Assembly: GCA_036172245.1 (NCBI GenBank)
Contig: JAYWIR010000046.1
Coordinates: 124,001 to 188,000, forward strand
DNA: 64,000 nt
Source of the DNA: Raillietiella orientalis
Taxonomy: Eukaryota
Direction of reading: 5' to 3'
Part shown: positions 49,301-63,399 of the stretch, in pieces
Layout: the number at the start of each line of letters is the position of its first letter
How positions within the stretch are numbered: position 1 is the first letter of the stretch
Notes under the pieces: generated by a model
What the model saw: only the letters and a program-made list of their open reading frames with translations
Told to the model about the DNA's origin: nothing
Databases searched by the model: none
Program-made: the position numbers and the translations under genes

Positions 49301-50493
49301 GGATGAACAGAAAACAACGGCGCTAATTGCAATGATCTAAAGATCAGAGAGAAGCTATATATGAGATACATATGAATAAAAGTATATGCCATATGCGTGA
49401 GTAGATGCTGGCAGTAATTATGGCAAACAAACATGAAAGGATGAGAAATGAAGGTTCGAATCTGCAAGGCGAAATTTTAGGGCTTGGGATTTGTTTGTAA
49501 ACAAATATAGCAAATTTTATCAAAAAGTCAGTATCTACACGGCTATGCAAATATTTGTGGGCAGTGTGGAAGACAGCAGCAAACTAGTTGTGGAGTGAAA
49601 TAAACTCTCAAATCACTGAATTCGCAAGGTGCGAATACTTGGGCAATACGCCACGATAAGAAAGCGATGTTAATCACTCAAAAGTTTTTTGAAGTATGAG
49701 AACGAGAGTGGATTTGCAATTTGCACGTAATGTTTGATGGCGCGGGTTTGAATATAGTGGCTGCAGGAAAACCAAGAGCTCACTACGCAAACCATTGAGT
49801 GCTTTGATGAATTAAGTCACGTCTTTAATGGTTGTAGAATTACCACATTGCTAAATGCTAATGCAGTTACGGTAAATAAAGATCTGCACAGCCAGTCTGT
49901 TGAATTTCAAAACACAATGTTTTGTAAGCCATTTCAGAATGTATAGTTCTAAAGAATAGTCGGTGCAAGTAGGATAAAGTGATCATGAAGCAAAAGGTTT
50001 TGCATGGGGAGATCATTACTCGGAAGATTCGATATTCGAACTGAGATTACTCAAGTATTACCATCTTGATTAAACAAAGAAATGCCAAGTTGAAGAGCGG
50101 TTATAAAAAACATATGAATAAGCTATAAATAATTTAACATATGAATAATGCGATAAAACAGAAAGGATAAGTAAGGAAAATTGCGTTTAGGAATGTGCTA
50201 ATTCTTAACTTTCAGTAGCATAATTTCAAGCCTCCAACATATATATATTCTACTCTTTACAAATCTGTGCACGATACACATGCATTGTCAGTCACTTAAA
50301 TACCAGCTTGCCTTGCAAAAGCACAAAAACTAATAGATGTGTTTCATTTTAGGCTAAATCAGGATTCATAGTGAAAATCATATGCCTTGTTGTTGCAAAC
50401 ATTTGTATGCAAACACTTGGAGTGTATGTGCTGCATGCAAATACTTTTCCTACTTGGGCAATGGATAATTCAACTGCAACTCCTCCCAGCTAA
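37374..50493 (+). CDS. SLC13/DASS family Na-coupled (di/tri)carboxylate or sulfate transporter (INDY-like)
   Basis: Exons 37374-37511, 39726-39991, 40073-40187, 40269-40519, 40970-41089, 41422-41607, 42008-42099, 46439-46540, 46618-46811, 46868-47005, 50353-50493, all in phase. Motifs EVVPLPVTALMP, AIEHSNLHKR, SMWISNTAA, ANIGGT, LWFFRDPGF..GW, KLPWG..LIGGGFAL, TEVTSNATTA..LPI, FPTWA. Confidence 0.93.
38450..38750 (-). mobile_element. Ty3/gypsy integrase zinc-finger remnant in SLC13 intron 1
   Basis: FTHEHRQRHLGNDKTEKRWHP resembles the AHEGHLGxxKT...WP H2C2 region; degraded. Confidence 0.3.
43200..43560 (+). mobile_element. Ty3/gypsy RT N-terminal remnant in SLC13 intron 7
   Basis: KFPEVF, RKERKGRVFMTNVRNL (cf. 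KKDGKLRLCVDYRKL) and FHHVL (cf. GFHQI) in order; frameshifted. Confidence 0.3.
48330..49190 (+). mobile_element. tRNA-derived SINE-like retroelement, ~860 bp, with a 14-bp TSD, in SLC13 intron 10
   Basis: Exact TSD TTGAAATAAAGTGT at 48316-48329 and 49191-49204. Box A-like AGGCCTTGTGG (48333-48343) and box B GGTTCGAATAC (48376-48386). 3' stem-loop 49117-49150 and A-rich tail 49169-49187. No TTTT run seen on the sense strand. Confidence 0.88.
49207..49246. repeat. Perfect 17-bp inverted repeat with 6-nt loop
   Basis: TGCAGTTAGGCATGCAT-ttgtct-ATGCATGCCTAACTGCA. Confidence 0.92.
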
Positions 50494-53019
50494 TATGGCA
50501 ATTCAGCAGTTTACTCAGAGCAATCTCAGCTCTTTGAAAAGATTATCATCCTTGGTTTCAGGGTATAAGTATTGATGAAGGGTATTTTTAAACAATAAAT
50601 ATGTTTACTATTTAGATAATGCTATTGGCAAAATAATGTACTGTCTTTGTAATCATACATTTCCGTATTCTTTTTCTCACTGTTTAGCAGTCTTCAGCAT
50701 GCTTTTCAGTGATACTTTTTTCCAGTTTATTGTTCACATGCAAAAGCATAATTATATTTAATGTACTAACCCATATTTATTCTTTAATATGGTTTTCTCG
50801 ATCCGCATCCTGGTTTCCTGTTAACTGCTTATCATTTATAAAGTCTGCAGGTGAATACAGCACATTACACACATGAGATCTTTTAAAAGCAATTAAAGTT
50901 TTTGAGTCTTGAATAACTAGAAGCCCTTGAAATATTTTACTCGCATTTCTGTAACTGTTATAATGCTTCATACTGAAATCCTTTGTTAAAAGATGAACCT
51001 TTGTTACCCTGTAGCTAGAGAATATAATTTCTCTCAAATTTTACATGCATTTCTCTGCTAATGTCTGTTATTCTTCTAATTATTACATTTTCATTCTTTG
51101 CTTAAACAAGGAAAATTATTTCAATTTCCTCAAGCATTCATTAGAGATATCCTAAAGACTGTCATACAACAATGTCAATTATATCATAAATATATAGCAG
51201 CCAAATCAAAACTACAAGGAAACTACTTAAATATCATTTAAATAAATAGTGCCCTTTTGACTTCTTTCTAAACTATTGATATACTACAAACTGTCAGCAC
51301 TGCGTGAATTACATGCTTTTTCTGGATGGTTCAATTGACTGGCTAAGTTTCCCACTGCAAGCACATAGCTACAACTGATTTATTGACATCATGCGGAAAT
51401 AAATTTGTTCTTTGCTCAATGTTGCACATTCAGTTTTCTGATTGATTAAAATATATTTCCGCACAAATATCGCACATACCTATCACTATTACAGCCTGCA
51501 AATGCAGCAATCATGTACTTTGTACTTGGAATGATGAATCTGCAATAACTGTACTCAACCACTTCCTGTTAACACCTGCACATGGCAGTGCAAAATAATA
51601 TAGAACATTTCAGAATTTCTCTCTCAAATACTGTAAATAATGTATAAGATGCAACTAAAATAACAATCTCTAACATTTAATCATTTGAAAAAACCATCTC
51701 AATAACCACTGATGCATTTCTAATGCTTCTTTGTAAATGATGTTTTCTGGTTTATCATTTACATAGATGTTCAACTCTGTTAGAAATTATAAGGATTATG
51801 ACTGCAGGTTATCATACAAAATTAAAACAAAATAAAGGTAAAACAGTGTTACAACTTTCTAGGGAAACCCAATTTTTTTTTGCATACCCTGTATCATCCA
51901 TTTGTTTATCAGCAATAATCATTTCATCATATTCCTCAGACAATCAAATCCAGTGTTTCTCCATTAGCATTTGGAACTTTCTAACATAGTTAAATATGCT
52001 ATAATGCTCATTTTTTTTATTGGTTTCATTCTTGCATTGAGATCTACAATACATGAGTATTATCCATGTATGCCATAAATCTGATTGACTGTTATGTAAA
52101 CCATAGCAAACAAATATTAAAAATTAGAAATTTTTAATATTTATTACTTGCTTGCAGGCTTGCTTACCATACTTCAATTTCTCCTTATTAAAGAATATTA
52201 TATATTTATAAATGTTCTAAACATTCATGATATTCACAAAGCAAAGCATACCTTCATTTCTCTCTCAAAAATACAAATATTACGTAGCCAAGTATAATAT
52301 AAATATAGCCAATTAAATAATTATTTTTCATACTATATAATATTTATTAAAAGTTATTCTCGAAGAAATTAAATGAAATATTTGTACAATCCAAAGTTAT
52401 AAACTACAATAAAATAATAAGTTTTCAATCAATTTTACAGTATCGATTTCACTCTTCTATCCTCTGTGAGAAGTTTTCTTTTTTTAATGCATTATTTATG
52501 TCAGTAACCACAAATAATTACCAATGTACATAATTGCTACTCATTTCAATGGCTGTAATTTTCCATGTTCTTATATCTCCAGCTGCATGCATTAACTGCA
52601 TTAAATACATGGATAAGCAACATAGTCTGAATAAAAGACTTTTCACATTCATAAACTCCTTACTTGTATGAAAAATGCTGCCTCGCATTTACGCCTATCA
52701 AAATTCTTGAAACCATGCTAGGCACTTGCTCAAATAGGAAATGATCCACAATGGTTTGAAGACTATCTTCTGCTTCCAGAGCATGCTACATGTGTAATCA
52801 AAAATATAAAAAAAGAACCCATAAAAGTATAATGGAATAAAAATTAAAATCAAATGCCATTAAAAAAGATTGCATTTCTTGAGCTTATAACAGAATCTTA
52901 AACTTCTGAGAGACATGTAAATTAAAGTTGAAATAACTGACACACAGTGATGAGTACTTGCATACAAAAATACATATAAAATACAGAATTACCATACAGA
53001 AACTAGATAATTCATGAAT

Positions 53020-53286
53020 TTAAGACTTTGACATAACAGTTGTGATGTTATCTTTAGAAGTTAGGTATATAGTTTCTTCACTCTGTAAAACTATAACTGG
53101 TTTTTCAACATTATAAGGTTCTAATTGGGAAGTAAGGGTCATAAGTGAAACGGCTGCACTGGAGTTTTCTAAATTAATGTCTCCTTTTTGCATAATCAGA
53201 AGACCTTGTTCATCCAAACACAAAATTCCTTTGGTGCGGGGAAGTAGTACACCATCTTCAAGAACTTTTTCTAGTTCACTTTCCAT
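53020..53286 (-). CDS. LAMTOR5: Ragulator complex protein LAMTOR5 (HBXIP), intronless CDS
   Basis: MESELEKVLED...GILCLDEQGLL...KGDI...LEP...PVIVLQSE...KDNITTV aligns over its full 88 aa with recalled LAMTOR5 (MEATLEQHLED..GVLCTDSQGLN..RGTL..PVVCLESD..HDGITVAV). Confidence 0.88.
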   Translation of the reverse strand: MESELEKVLEDGVLLPRTKGILCLDEQGLLIMQKGDINLENSSAAVSLMTLTSQLEPYNVEKPVIVLQSEETIYLTSKDNITTVMSKS

Positions 53287-53631
53287 TTTGATCACAAAAA
53301 TAAGAGCATTACCTTAAATGGAAGTATATCGGAATTAAAACAATTTAAGATCTATTACGATTTTATTTTTCGATGACGCCCATCAATTATAAAAATACGT
53401 GTATATATATGGGCCCTTTCCGTAAAAACGTAAATAAAAAACATTCATGTTACACATTAACTATATTATACATGAAAAATGTATCATGAATGTTTTACTG
53501 CGATCTTTTGCGGATCCCAAATCAACAATCCTATAATCCATAGCAGAATTCGACTGCAGAAACATAAGAAATGAATTTTTTTTTTTTTTAGTCCCCTAAA
53601 TTAGCAACGATCCACTTAATTCACTTTGGTA

Positions 53632-53639
53632 TATCGATA
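53632..53639. promoter_or_regulatory. DRE (TATCGATA) upstream of LAMTOR5
   Basis: Perfect palindromic DRE about 350 bp upstream of a housekeeping gene ATG. DRE/DREF function is established in Drosophila and only inferred here. Confidence 0.4.
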
Positions 53640-55843
53640 TCTGCACAATTTGCAATGCAGAAGGCCAAACCAATCACTTCACATAAATACACATCATATT
53701 CTGTGGGTTCCCTTGAAGCAGTTTCCCATTAATCTGCACTCAATCACAACATTCCAACGAACCAACTTGAAGTATTCCCACTTCCTAAGCAAATGCTCCC
53801 ACGTTGCTCCACAACCACAACGCCAGCAAGCGGTAACATCAAGCTTCCATAGGAAATCTGTCTGTTTTCAAACCACAAGTTTCCTTCGAGGTTTACGATT
53901 CACGTTGCTGAATTCAGTTTCTACTTTTTTTGCCAACATCTCCTTTGTTTACCCAAATCACTCAAAGCTGAAGACATGCGTGTTCGGAGATCTTTGCAGT
54001 TACACCCTTGTGTGCAGCAGATAAAGCCAATAGCGTTATTGTAGTGTCTTAACCGTAACTTACACAGAAATATAAGTAATAGGCGACTGAATGACTTCCT
54101 AAACTTAAGCATATAAGTACATAATATCTTCTTACTTTAATACTGTGTTTGACTTTAGATGGCGATAAGAATATCTACAGTTAGAATCCGAATCCAAGGT
54201 GATCGTGACCGAAGTGAGCGATTCATCTGTCCCCGCCACTCTAGGTATGATCAGAGGATGAGCTTCAGAAGAGCATGGTTTTGCAACATAATCCCATAGA
54301 ACTCCACCTTTGCAAACCAGTAGCAAGTCTTCTCTACATTATTAAAAAATCAAGGAGAAAACAATCTGCGATGTATTTAAAAACAAGGAGAAATAAATTA
54401 CAAAAGAAATGTTCCGCTCGTACAACTATGCTGGGTAAAATTCTATCAAACGATGCCATTTGTAGATCAGTCACTAACCAAAGAATTTGTATCCAAAAGA
54501 GCCATTCTTAAAGACTAATTGTTCGAAATTTGAATCTCGCTGCCCATGACCTTCTGGAATTCTGTGCTAGTATTCCTGAATCCAGAGACTGATCATTTTT
54601 TGATCAAGTTAAAAGAATTCAGAGTCCGAAAAAGGGACAAATCTATCAGTCTTTCCCTTGTCTCTTTTTTTAAATGGCAGGAAGGAAACGAAAGATGCTT
54701 GGCATTCTGCCTACTCGTTTCAAAATTTTTCATGAAAATATGCTGGTTACAGAAAAAAAAGTTACGTATCTTCTGAAACGAGGAGCTAACGAGAAGTGGG
54801 AAAAATTTTGCGATTATGAGCATGATCTTTTGTTTCTTATTTTTTCTCTGAAAACTTACACTCTGGTACCAAACACTAAAAATTACATTTCAACTGAGTT
54901 AATCATTATCTCCTCACTTATGTCATTCGCGTCTCTTTTCTGAGTATTTCAAGTCAAAAAAAGTATGCTGCCATCAATTTCGTGAGGTCTGACGTATTTA
55001 CTCCTCAAGTCTAGATAAAAAGCATTGGATTTTCCCTATTCTGATTATTGTATTTCTTTACTTTTAAATCAAGATTTTTTTTTCCATGTTGCGCACTCAT
55101 GCCGAGTGGAACTAATCCAGAAGAATTCCTCTTACTGTTGTCTTCAAACAATCAACAGACTTGTTTGCAATGTCTTTGACAATAATTTGGCTCTATAGCT
55201 TTCTGAAAAGAAGAGCAGAAAAAGGACCGTTGCATGCACATAAGATGTGGATGCAACAGTCCTAGACGCAGGCGACAGCTTACAGTCCTTGACACAAGCA
55301 GAATCAATGTGCATACCCTAGGATGAGATTTCGACACAAGAGGTTGCTTAGGAATGCTCTATTTTCCGTATTTGTGAATAGACTCATTTGTGGAGAGTAC
55401 TAGTATTGTCTAGGAGCTGTCTAAACTTCGTGGACTGTTTGCAAGCAGGAGAATGAGGATCTGTACCCACAAGACAAACATTGTGAATCATTGCTTCTAT
55501 ACCGCTCAGATGACATCAAAAGCCATGCATGATACCCATGTTAGACGACTCAGAGATAAAAAGCGTCTTCTTTCAGACTTCCTTTATTCCCTCCACTTCA
55601 AGAAGTGCTCGGCAAGGTGCAACTTTTCAAATGCTGTTAATCCAAAGATCTTAAAAGTGAATTCCTCTGCAAACAAAGGAGTTCGAAGCTTCCCAGTTTT
55701 CAGCCTGCAAAATTACATATAAAGAAGGGAATCTGGAAAGCAGAAGAATTTTATTTATTTGATGTTTCACAAGAAATCCTGCTCGAAGACAGGATGGTTC
55801 CCTTGATTATAGAGTTATCAGCAGATAAAAGCAGAGGATTGCT

Positions 55844-56777
<934 letters not shown>

Positions 56778-57189
56778 ACGCTGGCTCTCAGACACAGAAA
56801 CAATCACATACCGCGAGGACAATCATACTAAGAGCAAGAAGGGACATGCGATGGGACTGCGGATATGTCAAAGCGGGTTCCAGAAGACGTGAAATTTCGA
56901 TTCTTGTTCTTCTCCAGATCTCTTGGAACCAGTCTGTCTTTCTGAAAAGAAAGAGGAAAGGAAGGTTCTCTAAAAGAGTTCCAGCGAGCAACCGACTGCG
57001 AGAAATGAAAGGTGATTGTGCTCAAAACATCTGAGAGGAAAAACATCCAATGACAAGACTGAATCTGTCCTCATCTTGGGATCTCGACAACGTGCTCGCA
57101 GATTCAGTCAGACTCATCTATGAGCTGAACTTCGTAAAGAAGATCCAGACGGAACAGGAAATGAAGAAGATCCGATTCTTTTAGAAGTG

Positions 57190-57220
57190 TTCTAGAAGAT
57201 TCTGATCTTCTAGAAGATTC
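57190..57220. promoter_or_regulatory. Two tandem canonical heat-shock elements
   Basis: TTCtaGAAgaTTC at 57190-57202 and 57208-57220 (nTTCnnGAAnnTTCn). Confidence 0.4.
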
Positions 57221-60099
57221 TTTCCAGAAGATGAAACTGCAGATTAAGTGTCCTTCTGTCAAAGCACAGAGGAGTACGCACTCCAGTCGTACGGACGGTC
57301 TTCAGGAAGAAAACACACAGCTGAAAGTAAGTTTTTACCTCTACTGCCCTCTCCAAGAAGAGAGATGAAAATGCCGTCAATTCTAAGTCTAGTTTCGTGT
57401 CCAAGAGAGATCCCTCCCAGAATCAGATTTCTGAAGATTTTTTTGGAACGAGACAACGCTGTTGTGCCCTCGTATGGCAAACGGAAGTAGACACAGACTT
57501 CTTGCAAAGATCTGACTCTCTTATTTCGAGAGAAAGAGGAAAAGAGAGCTGCAAAGTAGACAATCCGTTTCGAAAAAGCCGATAAAATCAAGAGAAACGC
57601 TCTGGACCGGTTGGCATGATGCGTTGAGCTGCCGCTCCGGAGACCGACTCGTTTGGCAACGAAGAGTTGGCGTTTGCATAGCAACACAACGAGATCTTTC
57701 TCCACAAAAAGGAAAGAAGAAGAAAGGATAAATGGAAGAAGGATGGATTGGGTACATGTTCCAGTTCTTCATCGAGTGCCTGGTCAGGATGGAATTCGGC
57801 GAATTTTTTTTTTTTTACATTTGGAAACGATGACCAAAAATAATTGCTTGTTGAATGCTGCTCTCCGCCGAAACTATCCACGTACTCCTCTTCTGGAATC
57901 TTTACTTATCTCACTACTCATCACTATTACCACCAGCCTTAGAATCTGTAATACTTCTGAAAACAAACTGGTCATTTTCCGAAGTGTTCAAGAATGAATC
58001 CTACTCCCAGTTTTCTACTCGCATCTTCCCTGCTATAGCATAGATCTTGCTATCGGAACCTATGAATTTGATTCTGAACACTTTTCCCATGTCTTGAAAT
58101 ATATTCACTTCATCTTCTTTTTCAGAAGAAAAAGATTCTGGATTCTTTGCTTTCAGAATCATGAAGTCAAGATTAATAAAATAAAACAAAAAAAATTGTT
58201 TTTCCGACTCTTCGCCTTCACTTTCTTCCGTCTCGCAACAGATGGCAGCCTCCAGATCGGGTCATCTCGAAGCTGGTTTGACCGTGCGTAGGATACATCA
58301 AAACAGTGGCTCTCCCAAATTTCCTAAATCAGTTAATCATGATCCTCAAGTTCGAGTCAGGCCTTTCACGTGATCGCCGACTGTTCGATCTCGCGGGCAT
58401 TTAAGTGAGAACTGTCCAAGACGTCAAAAAGCAACCTGAGGAAACAGCTTGCCTCCATTCTGATGCAAAGGGACTCTGCCATCTTTGAAGTATCTACCGA
58501 TAATCCACGTCCTCTCGTCGGAAGAGGCAAGTGAGAACTCTGCGTAGGCAGCTTGATCCACTCTTATTTTCGTATTCTGCGTCTCAAACCCCGCTGTCCG
58601 ATGTCTCAAAGACCTTTGGAGGCAAGATGGGTAAATCCCAATCATCATGGTTCCGAACGTCTGGACATCTACTTCCTGCCACCATTAAGAATGAGCACCA
58701 CCAATGGTAAGACGAGTTTCTTGACGCATCCTTCTTAGGTTTACGCTAACGGAAAGAGCCAACTTTGGTAAGAAAACAGTCAACGTTCTGAAAGAACTGA
58801 TTTTCTTTTCAGAACAGATCTTTCTGGACTGATTAAAGAATCAACGATCCTCTTATTTCTCTGGCAATTTCCTTAACACCAAGAATGCCAGTGGATTATC
58901 CATTAGCTATCGTCAACTTTCTCTTTTACTGTAGAACTGAACCTCTTACACTGCATCCTCATCCTGCGTGTCGCCTTCCCATTTTATTCTGCTTGCGTGG
59001 GGTCTTGAAAATTTCGCGTTGTGAGGCCAACCAACATGCAAAGAAGAGCAAATGGCTTCCTCTCGTTCTGCTCTCTAATCTTGCTTTTCCCAAGACAGCT
59101 TTTCACTCGCTGCACACCAAAACGTACAAGCACCGGACGCTACGCAATGTTTATTCATCATTGATCATCCTATTCTCAAACTCGCTCGTGACTTCCAAAT
59201 GCGAGTAAGCATTGGTCATACCGCTGATTGGTCTTTAGAGACGGAAACTATTCCCACTCTCTATCTCAATCCTCTTCATCTAAGAAATCTTTATACTTCT
59301 ATTTAAACAGTTGGTATTGCTACTATTGGCTCGAGGAAAGATAGTTGCATGAACAATATTCAGGAAAATGCCAAGGAATCAGCCTTGGATGTTGCTGTGC
59401 TTTCAGGGATTTATTTTCCGGTCAGGAACTGAGATTCAAGTCTGGGATTTTTTTCAGGAATATAAGATGGATGTTAGAAATGCTCAATGCCTATTAGATT
59501 GGCAGTCAGTTTTTTGAAGATTTTTCAGTGACTACTGGGACAAGCTGATAGAATGAGATTTGACGAGTATGCCGTGTTCAAAGACAGAGAAGAATGGAGA
59601 TTAATGTCTGAGTTATTAATTATCTTTTCATAGTATACCGGTTCATTTTGCCGCAGTTTACATACATAAGCTTATCCACAGGTAAATATCAAACCTAAAG
59701 AATATCACAAGAGAGGGAATGAATCAGGCCTTGGCTTTGGTGCAGGTCTAAACAAATTCTTCGCAATTCTTTTCGAAGTGAAAGAAAGAAGAGAATCTCA
59801 GAAAGTTGCTGTTATGATAAAGAGGTGCATTGATTGTGAAGCTTATGATGAGATTTATCGAAGAAATAGCTCATTAAGTAAAAAGAGAGAAACAAAGCAA
59901 CTTTTTGTTTGGAAAGCCGAAAATCTGAAGAGAAGCGTTTTGCGAGCTTTTTTGAGAATACGGATGTGAGGGATCCTCTCGAAAACATGGAAAGAATCGA
60001 GAAAAGAGACGAAATAGAACCAAAAAAAACTCTTGAATTCTTTTTTTATTATTATTTTGCTGACTGTCATAGATTCTTCGAAGCACATGTATGAAGAAG

Positions 60100-60450
60100 A
60101 ACATTGGTTAGCTATTGAGACAGTGTCTATAATGACAGTCATTGAGACAACAAGTCCAATAAGCGAAAGAATGTTCACAGAAACGCTAGAGTCAAGCAAG
60201 ACCCAATAGCTGAGATCCTGTTTTCACAACCATCTTTGCCTAGTAAAACTGGACTAAGGGCTGGCATTGACAAGGTGTAACATACCATCCACCTCTCTGT
60301 GTTCATCAAACTCGTACGTGAGATCGAGTACAGCCTCAGAACAGAGCAGAATCGATTGGTCACTGTCTTCCACGTTTACTTTCGGTTGTGTTGATCACTT
60401 CACAATCTCACCCGCTGATGAAATGCTTTTAATACCGTGCTACGACTTTG
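60100..60450 (+). mobile_element. Degraded non-LTR retrotransposon RT remnant
   Basis: TGLRAG (cf. Q.GFR.G) followed by LVREIEYSLRTEQNRLVTVFHVY (cf. L..DI...L......AVFLD.SKAFD); interrupted by stops. Confidence 0.35.
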
Positions 60451-63399
60451 ACAGTCAAGAGCAGTGCTGTGCTCATTATTATGAGATAATCTTTAGTGCA
60501 TTGTGTCCATGAGCAGAAATAGGAAATCAATCTTTGGGATCGAGGTGCTTATGAGGCAGTTGCATATTGACAGCTGCATTTTGAACAAATTTTTGATAAA
60601 TAAAGCATTTCAATAGTTGTAGGGTTTTATGGAAGGAAAAATAGGTCGTGACAATGAAAACAAGAGAATGCTATTATAAGAGAGAGCAGATTGTGATTCA
60701 GTAAAATATAATCGGTAATCACATTGAAATTTTAATGCTCTATGAAGAAGTTCGAAGACTATGTTCCTTTGTCGGTTGTATGGGCACTTCGACATCATTT
60801 CTCCTGAGAAGGGAAAAGTGCAGACTCATGTCTTTTAAAGTGAAGTGGCATCCCTCAACATAAACATGGAAGATGCCAAAAAAAAAGCATTTTCGAAAGC
60901 CAAGTCACAGGATCTGCTTGACGAATACGATCAGAAATGGTCGAGACGGAAGACAAAGTGTTTTCCACAATTTGACTCGCATAATTTCTAGTGAAGATGG
61001 AAATTTCGAGTTAAAAATCAAATGGCATTGAATTAAATACCTAAATTTTTGAAAAGCCCTCTGTTTGGTAGGATAGTCATTACGATGATTCCATGTCTCA
61101 GTGAGTGCTGACAGATAGCGTTTTATCCCAATAATATCATTAGATTCAATAAAAGATGTTGGAAGGTAGGGGGGAGACAGATCTTTCTAGGGTCATAAAA
61201 AAGACTGAAGTTATTCAGTCCTCGGTTCAAGTAAGACTGGAGCATCCTTGTGAAGTTTATTCGGGCTGTAGGCAAAAGGAGAAATCCTCGGGTGAGTACA
61301 ACATTTCTTGCCTGACTTCTGAGAGTCTTCTGTCTGATACGTCTTGACTGAGAACTGCTTCCGAAATGCAATCGTAGTGAATTCACCTCCAATCGAGTCA
61401 CTGAGAAGCTCATCTTCCCTTGAAATCAAGTGCTGGGATTGATATTTCCAACACCATGGTCTGAAGGAATGAAGTTCACAGCTCCTTCAACAGATTCTGG
61501 CCCAGTTGAACACGTTCCTGGTTTTTCTTCCATTTCATGGTTTTTTGATTCGTTAGCTCTTGATTTCGGAATATTGATGGCTCAATCTATAAATTGATGG
61601 CTCATCTCAAAACCGATGCTGTTACGATGTCATCAAGGTTATGGGTCATTTCAAGTTTCTGCGATGTGTCCATCTACTGGTACTAGTTCTTTCTCTAAAG
61701 TAACTACAGCAGAGTTCAATCACTGGAGACTCTCGTCTACCAATTCTATTCTTCCTTCGTGAGATTTCCTGATTTGCTTAGAACTTTGTTTATGTCGGGG
61801 GGGTTTCGATCAAAAAGACTCCTCCCGCTAGAGATCTCCTTTTAGAGTAGCAGTCACATCGATGGTTTTTGATGCTTTGCACAAAGTGCATGCAGATGGA
61901 TCAGAGCAAAGTCGTTGTTTCGAAACTGCCACTAAGAGATTCCTGCATGTGTATTTGATTGAGTTTGGCGGACTCGAACTAAGAGGCAGCTTGAAATCAT
62001 AATTATGGGATAAAGTCGAGCATCCCTTGTGGTCACTGATTAGATTAGGCTGCTGACAGGAGAATCGTGTAAACGGCATTTTTTTGCCTTTTGAGAGCCT
62101 TTTTGAACTTAATTAGATGGAATGTGTTTGGCATTACGTCTAATGACCGGATGTTCTTGCTCTCAAAAAGAACGTGATACAGAGCTATTCCAAGCAATCC
62201 AGTTCTAAGCTCATTTTGCAGTTGTGATTTTATTAGAAGACCTATTCTTCTTATCCAAATAGATCTTGGGTTTGTGACTCCTTCATCTAATCATTTAGAC
62301 GGACAACTGGAAGAAATGGGAGTTTTGAGGATGACGAAGGAATCAATTTTCATGTGTGCTTATCCAAAGAACAGAGTAACTAGGTGGAAACCGCGAAAGT
62401 GGATAGCCTTCCTCACTTTCCTGAAGTGGATGTCATGAAGTCTTTTAAAGGCACACAAAAAAGGGAAAATTCCCGAATAAGTGAACTAAAAAACTAGAAA
62501 TTTGATACAGGAGGACTCAGAAACTCTCCATTCAAAGGAATAAACCGATAACTTCTCCATGTGCTTCCCAATTCTGAACGGAAGAGATGATGAGACCATA
62601 GTTCATGAGCGCTGAAGTTGAGCGGCTGAGAAACTCAATGACGGAGTAATCAAAAACCGTGTTAATGATTTCTTTTCAATCAGGACAGATAAATCGAGTG
62701 GTTTTTTTTTTTTAAAAAAAAAAGTTATGAAAACAGTCTGAATTTACAACAGCCTCTCGTAGTAGAGGGAAATATCTTACTCGGAGGGATCAGATCTCTT
62801 GGTTTTGTCGTCAAAAGACAGGTTATTCCGCGTCCTTTCGACCGCTGTCTCTAGTTTCGCAAACCAGAAAGCTGTACGCCTACGTCTTGCATTTTCTATT
62901 CCTCTCTCCAGAAGTGTGATTCAATGACTGTCTCCCCTTGTTTTGGCTTCCCAATTCGAGGTGAGAAAATACTCATCCTCTCAGGATTTCGACTATCTCA
63001 TAGTTCGAAACGACCCTCGAAAGTTTATTCTTCCCTGAAGATTTCATTATTTTTTTTTCGCTGTGCTTTAACGTGGCGTTTTCCATTTACAATGAGGGAA
63101 CTTGCGAATAGGAAACAGAGAAACTGAGGTCAAGTTACCGTCGTTTGCAGTTCATCCTTGATGAGGTAAAACGAATTAGGGAGATTCCTGGTAATCATTT
63201 CAACTGAGACTATGGAAGCTCCTTCAAAATGATCTTGCACTTTACAAAACCCTGACGTGTCCAAACATATCGAGTACAGAGACCAAGAATTAGGGGAAAG
63301 GGAGCCCAAGGTAGTACAAATTGTCAAGGGGCGATGCCTTTTGAAATCTTGCTCACAGAAGATGCTGAAGAATTCATCGCTTCGTCAGATACCAAGCTA

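Noticed and set aside
51905..51935. C box/D box pair (ATGATGA...CTGA) on the minus strand
   Set aside because: Only about 25 nt apart with no terminal stem; too short for a C/D snoRNA.
56800..59300. Expected Gcm binding sites (ATGCGGGY) upstream of repo
   Set aside because: No consensus match found by eye in this interval.
62200..62650. Faint gypsy RT-like traces (FPEVDV..FKG, GLRNSP)
   Set aside because: Too degraded to delimit or call with useful confidence.
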